The notes under the pieces were generated by a model. The model did no database searches. It had not been told where the DNA came from and saw only the letters and a list, made by a program, of their open reading frames with translations. A stretch of 64,000 nt of DNA. Origin: Alphaproteobacteria bacterium. Lineage in GTDB: Bacteria > Pseudomonadota > Alphaproteobacteria > UBA828. The position numbers and the translations under genes were made by a program. Shown in pieces: positions 1 through 9,380 of the stretch (positions are counted from its first letter, which is position 1; every line of letters starts with the position of its first letter). The stretch spans positions 576,001 through 640,000 of the forward strand of contig CAXXVO010000007.1 of NCBI GenBank assembly GCA_963422645.2, in the 5' to 3' direction.

Positions 1-757
1 CCCAACTGAACGAGAACCCGCCCTCGGTGCCCAGCAGCTTGTAGATCATCGTCCACGGATCGCGGGTCCGGTCGTCGGCCGCGAAGCTGCCCCAGACCGT
101 GGCAATCGCGCCGCCATCGGTCTTGAAGGCCATCAGCACCTGGTCGTCGCCGCGTGATTCCGGAGCGCGGGCGTTGGCCGAGAGAGCGACCGCGGTCGAA
201 GGGCGGCCGAGAAAGAAGAGCACGGCGTAGGCGTGGTGGATGCAGAGCTCGCGCATCGTGAGCCCGGGCGCCATCGCGCCCGCATCGTGTGACTGGTTGT
301 AGATCATCCAGAAGCTCGCGATGCGGCCGAACTTCCCCTCCCGGGCGAACTCCCGCCCGCGCACGAGGGCAGGGTCGTAGACGTAGTTGTGGCAGGGCAT
401 GCAGAGCCTCCCGGCCTTTTCCGCCTCGCGCTCCAGGAGGTCAATTTCGTCGAGGGTGGTTGAAATGGGCTTCTCGACGACGACGTGCTTCCCGGCCCGC
501 AGCGCCGCGAGGGCCTGCGGGACATGCTCCGGCGCCGGCGAGCAGACCGTGACGACCTCGACGGCGTCGTCCGCGAGCAGCGCATCCTGGCTCGCGAAGG
601 CCCGCCCGCCTTGCGCGTCCACGAAGCGACGGACGTTCTCGGGATTCCGGCTGAACGCGCCCGCAACCTCGATACCCGCGACCGCGTTGATCGCGTTCGC
701 ATGCAGGGTGGCGACCCCGCCCGTTCCAATCAATCCGATTCCAACCGGCTCGGCCAT
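1..757 (-). CDS. Gfo/Idh/MocA family oxidoreductase (runs off the window edge)
   Basis: Manual translation from ATG 757: MAEPVGIGLIGTGGVATLHA...GKHVVVEKP; Rossmann GxGxxA and EKP motifs. Absent from the ORF track because it is open at the edge. Confidence 0.85.
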   Translation of the reverse strand, partial: MAEPVGIGLIGTGGVATLHANAINAVAGIEVAGAFSRNPENVRRFVDAQGGRAFASQDALLADDAVEVVTVCSPAPEHVPQALAALRAGKHVVVEKPISTTLDEIDLLEREAEKAGRLCMPCHNYVYDPALVRGREFAREGKFGRIASFWMIYNQSHDAGAMAPGLTMRELCIHHAYAVLFFLGRPSTAVALSANARAPESRGDDQVLMAFKTDGGAIATVWGSFAADDRTRDPWTMIYKLLGTEGGFSFSW

Positions 758-911
758 GGCTGCGTCATCCTGATCGGGAGTTGGCGCAAAACACTACACC
801 TCTCCGCATATTGGCGACATCCCGCATACGGCGCGAGTGCTATCGGCCTAAACAGGTGACGGCGAGGAACGCGCCCCCGGGATGGGAGCGGCTTGCGCCC
901 CGTCGTCGGTG

Positions 912-1362
912 CTATCCGTCGCGGTCACCCTCCTTGACCTTGAGGCCGGAGGCCAAGCGCTGGAGATCCGTGTTGAACATGACGGCGGCGATGGTCAGGC
1001 CACCCAGCGCGAGGCGGAAGTACTCTATATCGACGCGCGCCATGATGAATCCGTTGTCGATGGAGCGCACGAGTAGGGCGCCCACCAGCGCGCCCAGTAC
1101 CGATCCGACGCCGCCGAATAGCGAAGTGCCACCGATCACCGCCGCCGCGATCGCCTCCAACTCGAGGCCCACGCCATAGGTGGGCAGCACGCTCCCGCCG
1201 ACACGGAAGGTCTGTAGGATCCCGGCGAAACCAGCGAGCATGGAACAAACCATGAAACATCCCATCTTCACGCGACGCCAGCCGATGCCCATGTCCCTTG
1301 CCGCCTGGGTGTGCCCGCCGGTGGCATAGACCCAGTTTCCGACGTTGGTACGGTGTATAATG
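912..1362 (-). pseudogene. sugar ABC transporter permease (RbsC-like), C-terminal fragment truncated by IS66
   Basis: GNWVYATGG...GLELEAIAAAVIGGTSLFGGVGS signature; the 5' part is missing beyond the IS66 end at 1363. Confidence 0.85.
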
Positions 1363-3120
1363 GTAACTGCCCAGGTCGTCTGATTTGTCATTTTGGGCCA
1401 GTGGATTGAGGCGTTTCTCGTTCGGAGTTGGTGGAAAGGGCTTGACGGGAATTTCGGGAAATGACTCAACAACGACATGAGCAATCCCGAGTCGCCGCGC
1501 GGCCCTTCGACGGGAGCAGCGCCCGAAACGCCCGCGCAGAAGATCGCCCGCCTGGAGGAGGAGAACGCCCGGCTTCGGGAGGAAAATGCCTGGCTTCGGC
1601 AGCAGAACGCGCGGCTGGAAGAGCAAGTCGCGCGTCTCGTCGAGCGCATCGAGGAGTTGGAGCGCCGTCTCGGCCTCAACAGCGGCAACAGCGTCAAGCC
1701 GCCTTCGAGCGATGGGCTGAGGAAGCCGAATTCGAAGCGGCGAACCCGAAGCCTGCGCGGCAAATCGGGCCGCAAGCCCGGTGGCCAGCCCGGCCACAAG
1801 GGCAAGACGCTGCGCCGCGCCGATCACCCGGATCGGGTGAAGGATCACGTCCCGGCTTCCTGCAAGGGATGCGGTTCGCCGCTTTCGGACGCGGCCAGGG
1901 CGGGAACGCCCGTCGCCCGCCAGGTGTTCGATCTGCCCGAGCCGAGCCCCCTGGAGGTGACCGAGCACCGGGCGCATGCCAAGTGCTGCGGGCATTGCGG
2001 GACGGTGACCCGGGCGGCGTTCCCCGACGGGGTGTCGGCGCCGGTGCAGTACGGCCCGCGCATTGCCGGGGTGGCGGTCTACCTTCAGCACGCTCACTTC
2101 CTGCCGGAGGATCGGCTGTCGCAGGTGATGGCCGAGCTCTTCGGCGCGCCGGTGACGGCTGCGACGTTGGCGACGATGAGCGAGAGGGCGGCCGAGCGGC
2201 TGCGGGACGCGGCCTTGCACATACAGGACCTGGCGGCGGGCACGGCGCGGGTGAAACACATGGACGAGACCGGCTTGCGGATCGGCGGTCAGACGCAGTG
2301 GCTTCATGTGATCTGCACGCCGCTGCTGGCGGCGTACCGGGTCAGCGGCAAGCGCGGCGCCCTGCTCTCGGGTGTCTCCGGCATCGTCGTGCACGATCAC
2401 TGGAAGCCGTACTTCGCGATGGAAGGGGTGGAGCACGGCCTGTGCAACGCCCATCACCTGCGGGAGTTGCAGGCGCTGGTGGACATCGAAGGGGAGGCTT
2501 GGGCCCGGCGGATGCAGCAGCTCCTGCGCCGAGCCAATCGCGCCGCCCGCATCGCGCTGGACAAGGATATCGCCGTTCCGGCGAGGCTTGTGGCGCTGAT
2601 CGAGCGCCGATACGACGAGATCATCGCCGATGCGCTGGCCTTTCACGAGAGCCAACCACCGTTCTCGCCTGGCAAGAGGAAGAAGCGCCGGAAGCGAAGG
2701 ATCGGTCACAATCTGGCCTTGAGGCTGCGCGACCACAAATGCGCGGTGCTCCGGTTCCTGATCGACCTCGAGGTCGGGTTCACGAACAACGAGGCCGAGC
2801 GCGACCTTCGGATGATGAAGCTGCGCCAGAAGATCTCCGGGGGCTTCCGGTCCGCGCAGGGGGCCGAGAACTTCGCCATCCTGCGCAGCGTCATCACCAC
2901 CGCCAGAAAGCAGGGCTGGAATATCATCGAAGCCCTGACCAGCCCATCGGATCGGCTCATCGCCACCGTCAAGTGCGCGTAAGCTCACCTGGCACGGGTT
3001 CTCCAACAGCGGAGCCATTCTCATAAACGATCATGGTCGACGCCGTGCTGGACCACCCCATAGAATGAAAATCGGTGCCCGTCGCGCGGGCGGACTTCGG
3101 GCCACATCGGGGTAGCTTAC
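1363..3120 (+). mobile_element. IS66 family element, single-ORF (ISBst12-like) type
   Basis: Left end GTAACTGCCC at 1363; best right end GGGTAGCTTAC ending 3120 (imperfect). No TSD found, so the right boundary is uncertain. Confidence 0.65.
1477..2982 (+). CDS. IS66 family transposase
   Basis: Coiled coil, NSGNSVKPPSSD, Cys zinc finger, HMDETG, VHD, CNAHHLREL and TNNEAERDLR motifs. Confidence 0.95.
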   Translation: MSNPESPRGPSTGAAPETPAQKIARLEEENARLREENAWLRQQNARLEEQVARLVERIEELERRLGLNSGNSVKPPSSDGLRKPNSKRRTRSLRGKSGRKPGGQPGHKGKTLRRADHPDRVKDHVPASCKGCGSPLSDAARAGTPVARQVFDLPEPSPLEVTEHRAHAKCCGHCGTVTRAAFPDGVSAPVQYGPRIAGVAVYLQHAHFLPEDRLSQVMAELFGAPVTAATLATMSERAAERLRDAALHIQDLAAGTARVKHMDETGLRIGGQTQWLHVICTPLLAAYRVSGKRGALLSGVSGIVVHDHWKPYFAMEGVEHGLCNAHHLRELQALVDIEGEAWARRMQQLLRRANRAARIALDKDIAVPARLVALIERRYDEIIADALAFHESQPPFSPGKRKKRRKRRIGHNLALRLRDHKCAVLRFLIDLEVGFTNNEAERDLRMMKLRQKISGGFRSAQGAENFAILRSVITTARKQGWNIIEALTSPSDRLIATVKCA

Positions 3121-3481
3121 CGGTCGCAGTCCGCAAGAGGGGCATCGTGAGCTGTGAAACCCGGCGACCCCAGATGTCAACGCCGGATGAAGATTCGGCC
3201 AGAGGGCGGCGCAAAAGACTGCCACTCTGGGTGATGCGTCGTTGTGACGGTTTTTCGGCGGGCGCGGTCCGTGGAGCCATCCAGAGCTCAAGCGGTCCGC
3301 GCGCGCCGGCCGACCGGAGGGCGGCCTACTGGTTTCGGTTTGTCGAGGTTCAACTTTGCGCCGTCAACGGACACGCCTGATGGCGGGATGACGGTGAGTG
3401 CCCGAGCACCGTCACGGCAGGTGGCGGGGGCTGGGGCTGGGCGCCTTGGCCGATCGGTGTCGGTCGTCGGCGTGCCGGGGT

Positions 3482-4246
3482 TCAGCTTGCGGTCTTGTTC
3501 CTGCGTGCACGGCTCTGGCTGAGGCGGTAGCTGTCGCCGTTCATCTCGAGGATGTTGACGTGGTGGGTGAGACGATCGAGGAGCGCCCCGGTGAGGCGCT
3601 CGGAGCCAAAGGTCTCGGTCCATTCGTCGAAAGGGAGGTTGGAGGTGATCAGGGTGGCGCCCCGTTCGTAGCGCTGGGAGACCAGCTCGAACAGCAACTC
3701 GGCGCCTGTCTTCGATAGCGGGACGAAGCCGACCTCGTCGATGATCAACAGCTTGAGGCTTGCCAGCTGCTTCTGCAGCCGCAGCAGTCGTCGTTCGTCA
3801 CGCGCCTCCATGAGCTCATGCACCAGCGCCGCTGCGGTGATGAAGCGCACGCTCAGCCCCTTCTGGCAGGCGGCCAGTCCGAGCCCCAGGGCGACATGGC
3901 TCTTGCCGGTGCCCGATGGGCCGAGGGCGATGACGTTCTCGCGCCGCTCGATCCATTCGCAGCGCGCCAACTCCAGCACCCGCGGCTTGTTCAGCGCGGG
4001 CATGGCCTTGAAGTCGAAGCTGTCGAGGCTCTTGGTGACCGGGAACTTCGCCGCCTTGATGCGCCGCTCGACCATGCGCCGTTCGCGCTCGATCAACTCC
4101 AGCTCCGCCAGCCGGGCCAGGAACTGGATATGATCCAGGCCCTCGGCCGCGCACTGGTGCGCCACTTTCTCGTATTGGCGCAGGAAGGTCGGCAGCTTCA
4201 GGGCCTTGAGGCGGTGCGCCAGCAGGATGTGGGGCGTGTCCGTCAT
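3482..4246 (-). CDS. istB: IS21 helper ATPase IstB
   Basis: GPSGTGKS Walker A, LLIIDEVG Walker [10 protein letters not shown]. Confidence 0.95.
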   Translation of the reverse strand: MTDTPHILLAHRLKALKLPTFLRQYEKVAHQCAAEGLDHIQFLARLAELELIERERRMVERRIKAAKFPVTKSLDSFDFKAMPALNKPRVLELARCEWIERRENVIALGPSGTGKSHVALGLGLAACQKGLSVRFITAAALVHELMEARDERRLLRLQKQLASLKLLIIDEVGFVPLSKTGAELLFELVSQRYERGATLITSNLPFDEWTETFGSERLTGALLDRLTHHVNILEMNGDSYRLSQSRARRNKTAS

Positions 4247-4322
4247 GCCGCGTCCTCCGACAGCAGGCACATGTAGCTGGCCGCCGAGGTCCTGCCGACG
4301 GTAGCCTTCGGCAGATAGGGGT
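4243..4322 (-). pseudogene. istA: IstA C-terminal fragment (continuation of 25634-27059)
   Basis: Reads ...PYLPKATVGRTSAASYMCLLSEDAA* and joins ...LDLDVYP across the ATAGGGGT duplication; its stop overlaps the istB ATG. Confidence 0.85.
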
Positions 4323-4457
4323 GTAATGCTTCTGTTCTCAGGTGATGGATGGTGATTTCACCGATTGAGTGTCCGCTTCCAGTCTCGTCGGAGAGGCCGC
4401 AGCCAGATGTCCCTCCTGGGCTCGGCCCGCTTCATGTGCGTGTCGTAGCGCCCGCGC
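4323..4457. repeat. left 135-bp terminal inverted repeat
   Basis: Reverse complement of 25499-25633 with 2 mismatches by eye. Confidence 0.93.
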
Positions 4458-4502
4458 AAAAGCCTCTGGTAACGCCGCCGGTGATTCGATATCGTCTCGC
4501 CC

Positions 4503-6941
4503 ATGGCGATGCGAGACGAGGATTTCGGGACGGCGCTGACACCGACCGAGGGGGACGAGGCGATCTGGTCGCCCCCCATGTCGGCGCCGGCGAGCGAGCC
4601 GCGCGACTGGCAATCTCTGTGCGAACAGGCGCAGGCGCGGGCGGAAGCAGCGGAAGCGCGTGCGGAAGAGTTGCGCTGGGCGGAAGTCGCCGCCCGCAGC
4701 GATGCGGGTGCGTGGAAGTCGCGGTTCAAGGCCTGCCGGCAGAGGCTGAGCGAGGCCGAGGAAGAGACCGGGGACCTCCGCCGCGCGGCCAAGGACGTGC
4801 CGGCCTTGCAGGCCGAAGTGGCGCACTTGCAGGAGTTGCTCTCCGAAGCCCGCAGCGTATCGAGCGAGTTCGGCACGATCGAAGCGCTGCGCGACGAGGT
4901 TGCTCAGTTGCAAGAGGCCCTGGCGTCGAAAGCCCGGAAGGACGCGACGGGGCCACTGTCGAGGGAGAATGCCCGGCTCCGCAAGACCCTGGAGCGGTCG
5001 CAGGGACAGAAGGACGAGGTCGCGGCGTTGCGCGGAGAGGTCTCGGCGCGGCGCAAGTCGGAGCGGGCCGCGCAGACGGCGCTGTCGAAGGAGAGCATCC
5101 GGCTGGGCAAGGCGCTGGAACGGACGCAGAAGCAGAAGGACACGGTCAAGGCGCTGCGCGAGGAAGTCGATTCCCTGACCCGGGAGACCCGTCGGCAGAA
5201 CCGGGAGAACGGCCGGCTGCGCCGCGAGCTGGAGTGGTTGCAGGGCATCAGGGCGACGGCACGTGGGTTGTCCGACGAGGTCGAGCTGCTGCGCGCGGAA
5301 CTGGCGGAATACCACGACCAGACGAACTTCATCGATTGGCAGGACAGGCGCATCGTCGACTTGCAAATTGCCCTGGATACGTCGGCCTTCAAGACCGAGC
5401 GGCTGGAGGCCGAGCTTGCCGAACGTCCCCTGCTGCCTGCGGCCTTGAAGAGATTGCGCCAGCAGGAGAAGACCATCGAGTCCCTGCGGGCCCGGATCGA
5501 GACGCTGGAAGAGGAGCTGGCCAAGCTGCGCTCGAGCCGGGCCGTCCTGTCGAAGGCGCTCCACGGCAGGAAGAGCGAGCAGCAGCAGAAGCCCGGTACG
5601 GGGCGCAAGCGCGGCCAGCAACGCGGCGCGCCCGGCCACGGCCGCACCCCGCGGCCCAAGCTCCAGGAGAAGAAGGAACGGCGCAACCCGCCGAAGGATG
5701 CGCGCATCTGTTCCTGTTGCGGCAAGCCCTATGTCGCCAACGGCGAACGCTCCACGAGCCTGATCGAGATCGAGGTCAAGGCCCACATCCGCAGGATCGT
5801 GCGGCCGCGCTACCGCCGGGGCTGCGAGTGTGCGTCCTCGCCCCTGGAAGCGATTGCGCCGCCGGTGCCGCGGCTGTTCCCCGGAACGCTCTTCGGAACC
5901 AGCTTCTGGGCACGGTTCCTGTTCGAACACTGTGGGTGTCTGCGCCCGCTGTGCCGGGTCGCCGCGTGGTACGGGGACCAGGGGCTGCCGGTCTCGCCGG
6001 GTACGCTGGCCAACAGCCTGAAGCGCTTCGTGCCGCTGTTCGACCCGCTCTACGAGGCGATCCTCGCGCACCAGAACACCGCGGCGTTGCGCCATGCCGA
6101 CGAGACCGGCTGGCGGGTACAGGAGTTCCGCGACACCGGCCGTTCGAGCCGCGCCTGGCTGTGGGTCTCGGTCAGCAAGGATTCGGTCTACTACATCATC
6201 GACCCCTCGCGCAGCGCCGAGGTCGCAAGGACCCTGTTCCGCGACACCGCCTGTATCGTCTTCCTGGTCTGCGACCGCTACAGCGCATACAAAACGCTGG
6301 CGCGCGAACTCGCCGGCAAGGTGATCCTGTGCTGGTGCTGGGCACATCAGCGACGCGACTTCGTCGACTGCGCGACCGGGCAGGAGGCGCTGACCGAATG
6401 GTGCCAGGAATGGGTCGAGCGGATCGCGCTCGTCTACCACCTGAACGACGAACGGCTGAAGCATTACGACCCCGCTCTCGAACGCCAGACACGGGCCTTC
6501 GACGCGGCGCAGCGCAAGCTCGGAAGGGCGGTCAAGCGCCTGTTCGCGGACGCCGAGGCGGAACTGGCCGGCCTGCCGGACAAGGACCGTCGGGCAAAGC
6601 CCTTGCGCTCGCTGCTCAACCACCGCGAAGGGTTGTGCGTCTTCGTCGACAATCCCCAGGTTCCGATGGACAACAACGCCGGGGAGCGGGCGATCCGCGG
6701 GCCGGCCATCGGGCGCCGATTGAGCTTCGGTTCCAACAGCGAGGACGGCGCGAAGTTCACCGCGACCATGTACTCCGTCATCGGCACGCTCTCGATGAAC
6801 GGCATCGACGTGCCGCGCTGGCTGGAGGCATGGTTGAAGGCCTGCGCGGAGAATGGCGGCAAACCGCCCGACGACCTGTCCCCATGGCTGCCGTGGACGA
6901 TGAGCGAGGCGCGCAGGCGCAAGTTCACGGCGCAGGAATGA
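4503..6941 (+). CDS. IS66 family transposase with long repetitive coiled-coil N-terminus (812 aa)
   Basis: HADETGW, CDRYSAY, CWAHQRRDF and MDNNAGERAIR motifs; N-terminal repeats LSRENARLRKTLERSQGQKD / LSKESIRLGKALERTQKQKD. Confidence 0.93.
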   Translation: MAMRDEDFGTALTPTEGDEAIWSPPMSAPASEPRDWQSLCEQAQARAEAAEARAEELRWAEVAARSDAGAWKSRFKACRQRLSEAEEETGDLRRAAKDVPALQAEVAHLQELLSEARSVSSEFGTIEALRDEVAQLQEALASKARKDATGPLSRENARLRKTLERSQGQKDEVAALRGEVSARRKSERAAQTALSKESIRLGKALERTQKQKDTVKALREEVDSLTRETRRQNRENGRLRRELEWLQGIRATARGLSDEVELLRAELAEYHDQTNFIDWQDRRIVDLQIALDTSAFKTERLEAELAERPLLPAALKRLRQQEKTIESLRARIETLEEELAKLRSSRAVLSKALHGRKSEQQQKPGTGRKRGQQRGAPGHGRTPRPKLQEKKERRNPPKDARICSCCGKPYVANGERSTSLIEIEVKAHIRRIVRPRYRRGCECASSPLEAIAPPVPRLFPGTLFGTSFWARFLFEHCGCLRPLCRVAAWYGDQGLPVSPGTLANSLKRFVPLFDPLYEAILAHQNTAALRHADETGWRVQEFRDTGRSSRAWLWVSVSKDSVYYIIDPSRSAEVARTLFRDTACIVFLVCDRYSAYKTLARELAGKVILCWCWAHQRRDFVDCATGQEALTEWCQEWVERIALVYHLNDERLKHYDPALERQTRAFDAAQRKLGRAVKRLFADAEAELAGLPDKDRRAKPLRSLLNHREGLCVFVDNPQVPMDNNAGERAIRGPAIGRRLSFGSNSEDGAKFTATMYSVIGTLSMNGIDVPRWLEAWLKACAENGGKPPDDLSPWLPWTMSEARRRKFTAQE

Positions 6942-7392
6942 CCGGCGCCATCGAGTGCCGGTACTACGGGCGCGACTTCACCGCCGAGGAGATGGCGCTC
7001 CTGCGCGTGCTCATCGCCGCCGGCCCACCGCCCAACCGCCATGCCCTGTCGAGGGAGTTCTGCCGGCGCATCGGCTGGTTCAAGCCTGACGGCGGGCTCA
7101 AGGACATGATGGCCAGGGTGACGATGCTGGCCATGCACAAGGACGGCCTGATCGTCCTCCCGCCGCCGAAATGGCCGCGCCCGCCGCGCCCGCCGCGTCG
7201 GCCCATGGTCTTCGGACCCGACACCGAGCCGCCGGTGCATCCGGCGCCGACATCCCTCGACGCGGTTCGCCCGCTCGATCTGCGGCCTGCCGTCCGCTAC
7301 AGCCGCGAGGGCAAGCTGTGGAACGAGTTCGTCGCCCGCTACCACTATCTCGGCTACAAGACCCTGGTCGGCGCCCAGATGCGCTACGCCGT
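6938..7392 (+). pseudogene. DUF4338 (DruA-like) protein, fragment 1 of 3
   Basis: The ATG overlaps the transposase stop (ATGA); LWNEFVARYHYLGYKTLVGAQMRY motif. Confidence 0.85.
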
Positions 7393-7399
7393 TGTAGCC

Positions 7400-7442
7400 G
7401 GCCGAAAGTCTTTGCGAATCGCGGCCGGAAGTCTTTGCGAAT
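7400..7442 (+). repeat. two adjacent putative transposase-binding sites (Mu R1/R2-like)
   Basis: GGCCGAAAGTCTTTGCGAAT at 7400 and GGCCGGAAGTCTTTGCGAAT at 7423 (23-bp period). Confidence 0.85.
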
Positions 7443-7564
7443 GGCCTGGAAAATCGGCTGGTTTTCGGGGCTGAATCGGGCTGGAAAAACCGGCCTGTGC
7501 ATGGGCCGTGAAGGAGCGCTGCGCGGGGGGTTCAGGGCCCGTGCACGGGCGGTGCGTGAGGGTT

Positions 7565-8446
7565 TCAGGCGCGGTCGGGACCGGGGCGGGCGCCGGGGCG
7601 GCACGGGCGTTCGAGTTCGGCCTTCCACCATTCGGGGTCTTCGACGGCGCGTTCTGCGGCGTCGTATCCGTCGTGACCGGTCCATCTTCCGGGGTCGGCG
7701 TCGGCGTACCATCGGCCTGCGCCGCGGTGTCGTTCGAGGGCGTCGTCGATGCGGGCGATCCCGTCCGCCGGGCGTCCCCGGCAGAAGCGCTCGAAGAAGG
7801 CGTTGAGGCGGCATCGGGGGCAGCGTCCGCAGGGCTCTGCCGCGACGGTGCATCGCCAGGTGAGCGCCTCCAGCCCGGGCGGGAGCAGGGCCTGGAGCAT
7901 GAAGCGCCCGGCGACGGGTCCGAAGGGGTCGTCCCGCGACGGCGGCCACTGCGCGCCGTCCTCCCAGCCGGGGAAGAAGGGGAGTTCCATGGGGACGGCG
8001 GTGCGCGCGCGGTAGGCCGGATGCCAGTACATGCGGTGCATGTCGTCGGCGGTGTCCCACGAGGTGATGCCGAGCATCACCCGGTCGGCGCGGTGCCGTT
8101 CGGCCTCGTCGGCGTGGGTTGCGTACCGGTCGAGGCCCCAGGGACCGAAGGTGGGGTCGCAGACGCCCTCCCACCCTCTCCCGTCCCTGATCGGGTATCC
8201 GGCGCCGGCGTCGAGGTCGAGGCGCAGGGCGTCGCGCGACACGTGGCGCACGGGCCGGACGTTGCGGGAAAGCCAGTCTGCGACGGCCTCGCTTGCGGCC
8301 TGCCCGCGGGCGATGCGCTCCGGCAGCTCGCGGGCGGGTTCGCGGTAGCAGGAGAGGACGACCTCGTCTTCGGTCTCGCGCAGGACGAGGAGGGCGAGGG
8401 CGGTGCTGTCGATGCCGCCGCCTGCGGGGACGAGGGTGCGGCGCAT
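7565..8446 (-). CDS. QueC-like PP-loop (adenine nucleotide alpha-hydrolase) protein
   Basis: N-terminal PAGGGIDST PP-loop and C-terminal TWRC-x6-CGRCPRC zinc site, as in the QueC family. Confidence 0.7.
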   Translation of the reverse strand: MRRTLVPAGGGIDSTALALLVLRETEDEVVLSCYREPARELPERIARGQAASEAVADWLSRNVRPVRHVSRDALRLDLDAGAGYPIRDGRGWEGVCDPTFGPWGLDRYATHADEAERHRADRVMLGITSWDTADDMHRMYWHPAYRARTAVPMELPFFPGWEDGAQWPPSRDDPFGPVAGRFMLQALLPPGLEALTWRCTVAAEPCGRCPRCRLNAFFERFCRGRPADGIARIDDALERHRGAGRWYADADPGRWTGHDGYDAAERAVEDPEWWKAELERPCRPGARPGPDRA

Positions 8447-8451
8447 CGCGA

Positions 8452-9222
8452 TCAGCCCCACTCGATGACGATATAGCCGGCGGAGACCGGGGAGGGCACG
8501 GTGAGCTGGGTGTGGCGGCTGACGCCGCTTGCGCCGGCGGGGGCGGAGGAGGTTCCGTCTGCGCCGTCTGCGCCGTTGCGTCGGCCATACGCTCTCTTGC
8601 CGCCCTTGCCGCCGCGCGCCGTGCCGCCGAGGACGGCGGTGTTGCTGCCGTCGCCGCCGTCCCTCAATCGCGCTCCGTCCACGCCGTTGTCTCCCACGGT
8701 CAAGCTGTAGGAGGTGCCCGGCGAGACCGCGATCTCGAAGTAGATGAAGCCGCCTTCGCCGCCGTCGCCGCCCGTCCAGCTGATCGGCGCGGCGCCCCTG
8801 TTGTATTCGAAGCCGCTATCGCCGGCGCCGTCGCCGCCGTCGCCGCCCCGCAACTGCACGCGCACGCGGGTCACGCCCGCGGGCGCGCGCCAGTACCCGG
8901 AGCCGGGCGAGGTGAAGGTCTTGCGCCCGCGCGGCGTTGGCCGGGGCGCGGGCTCGGGCCCGGGACGCGGCGGCGCCGTGCGCTCGCTGAGGTTGGCCAG
9001 CCGCGTGCGCTCGGCGGCGGTGAATACCTCGCCCCGCATCTGGCGGAAGGGGTGCAGGCCGGAGCCGTCGAGGGTGGCGACGCCGTTCGGATCGCCGAAG
9101 GCGTCGATCATGGCGTTGATTGTGTCGGCCATGGCCTTGATGGCGGCGCGGGCGTGGGCGGGCGAATCGCTGCCCTGGTCGAGGTGGGTGGTGTCGATCT
9201 TCCGGGTGGGCCATGCGGTCAT
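8452..9222 (-). CDS. phage tail-fibre-like protein with glycine-rich domain, copy B
   Basis: Conserved N-terminus, Pro-rich linker, then a TFTSPG...APAGVTRVRVQLRGGDGG Gly-rich domain; phage context. Confidence 0.65.
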   Translation of the reverse strand: MTAWPTRKIDTTHLDQGSDSPAHARAAIKAMADTINAMIDAFGDPNGVATLDGSGLHPFRQMRGEVFTAAERTRLANLSERTAPPRPGPEPAPRPTPRGRKTFTSPGSGYWRAPAGVTRVRVQLRGGDGGDGAGDSGFEYNRGAAPISWTGGDGGEGGFIYFEIAVSPGTSYSLTVGDNGVDGARLRDGGDGSNTAVLGGTARGGKGGKRAYGRRNGADGADGTSSAPAGASGVSRHTQLTVPSPVSAGYIVIEWG

Positions 9223-9243
9223 GGGGTTTCCTTTCGTGATCGC

Positions 9244-9375
9244 TCAGCGCGGCGGAGCGGCGATCCGGGCGCGGTAGCAGGAGAGGACGACCTCGTCGTC
9301 GGTCTCGCGCAGGACGAGGAGGGCGAGGGCGGTGCTGTCGATGCCGCCGCCTGCGGGGACGAGGGTGCGGCGCAT
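9244..9375 (-). pseudogene. truncated duplicate of the QueC-like gene 5' end, fused to the 3' end of the upstream tail gene
   Basis: MRRTLVPAGGGIDSTALALLVLRETDDEVVLSCYR then ARIAAPPR*, homologous to AHIAAPAS* ending at 10170. Confidence 0.8.
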
Positions 9376-9380
9376 CGCGA

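Noticed and set aside
7400-7442. CRISPR array or CAST
   Set aside because: There are only two adjacent repeats with no spacers, mirrored at the other end of the element, so they are transposase-binding sites. No cas or tniQ gene was recognised in the window.
4349-7474. 1041-aa plus-strand ORF, and similar long ORFs (925-3024, 4338-6623, 15930-18695, 57793-59187)
   Set aside because: These are shadow frames of GC-rich transposase/recombinase genes with no motifs. Only the part of 4349-7474 from 6938 onward is real (DUF4338 fragment).
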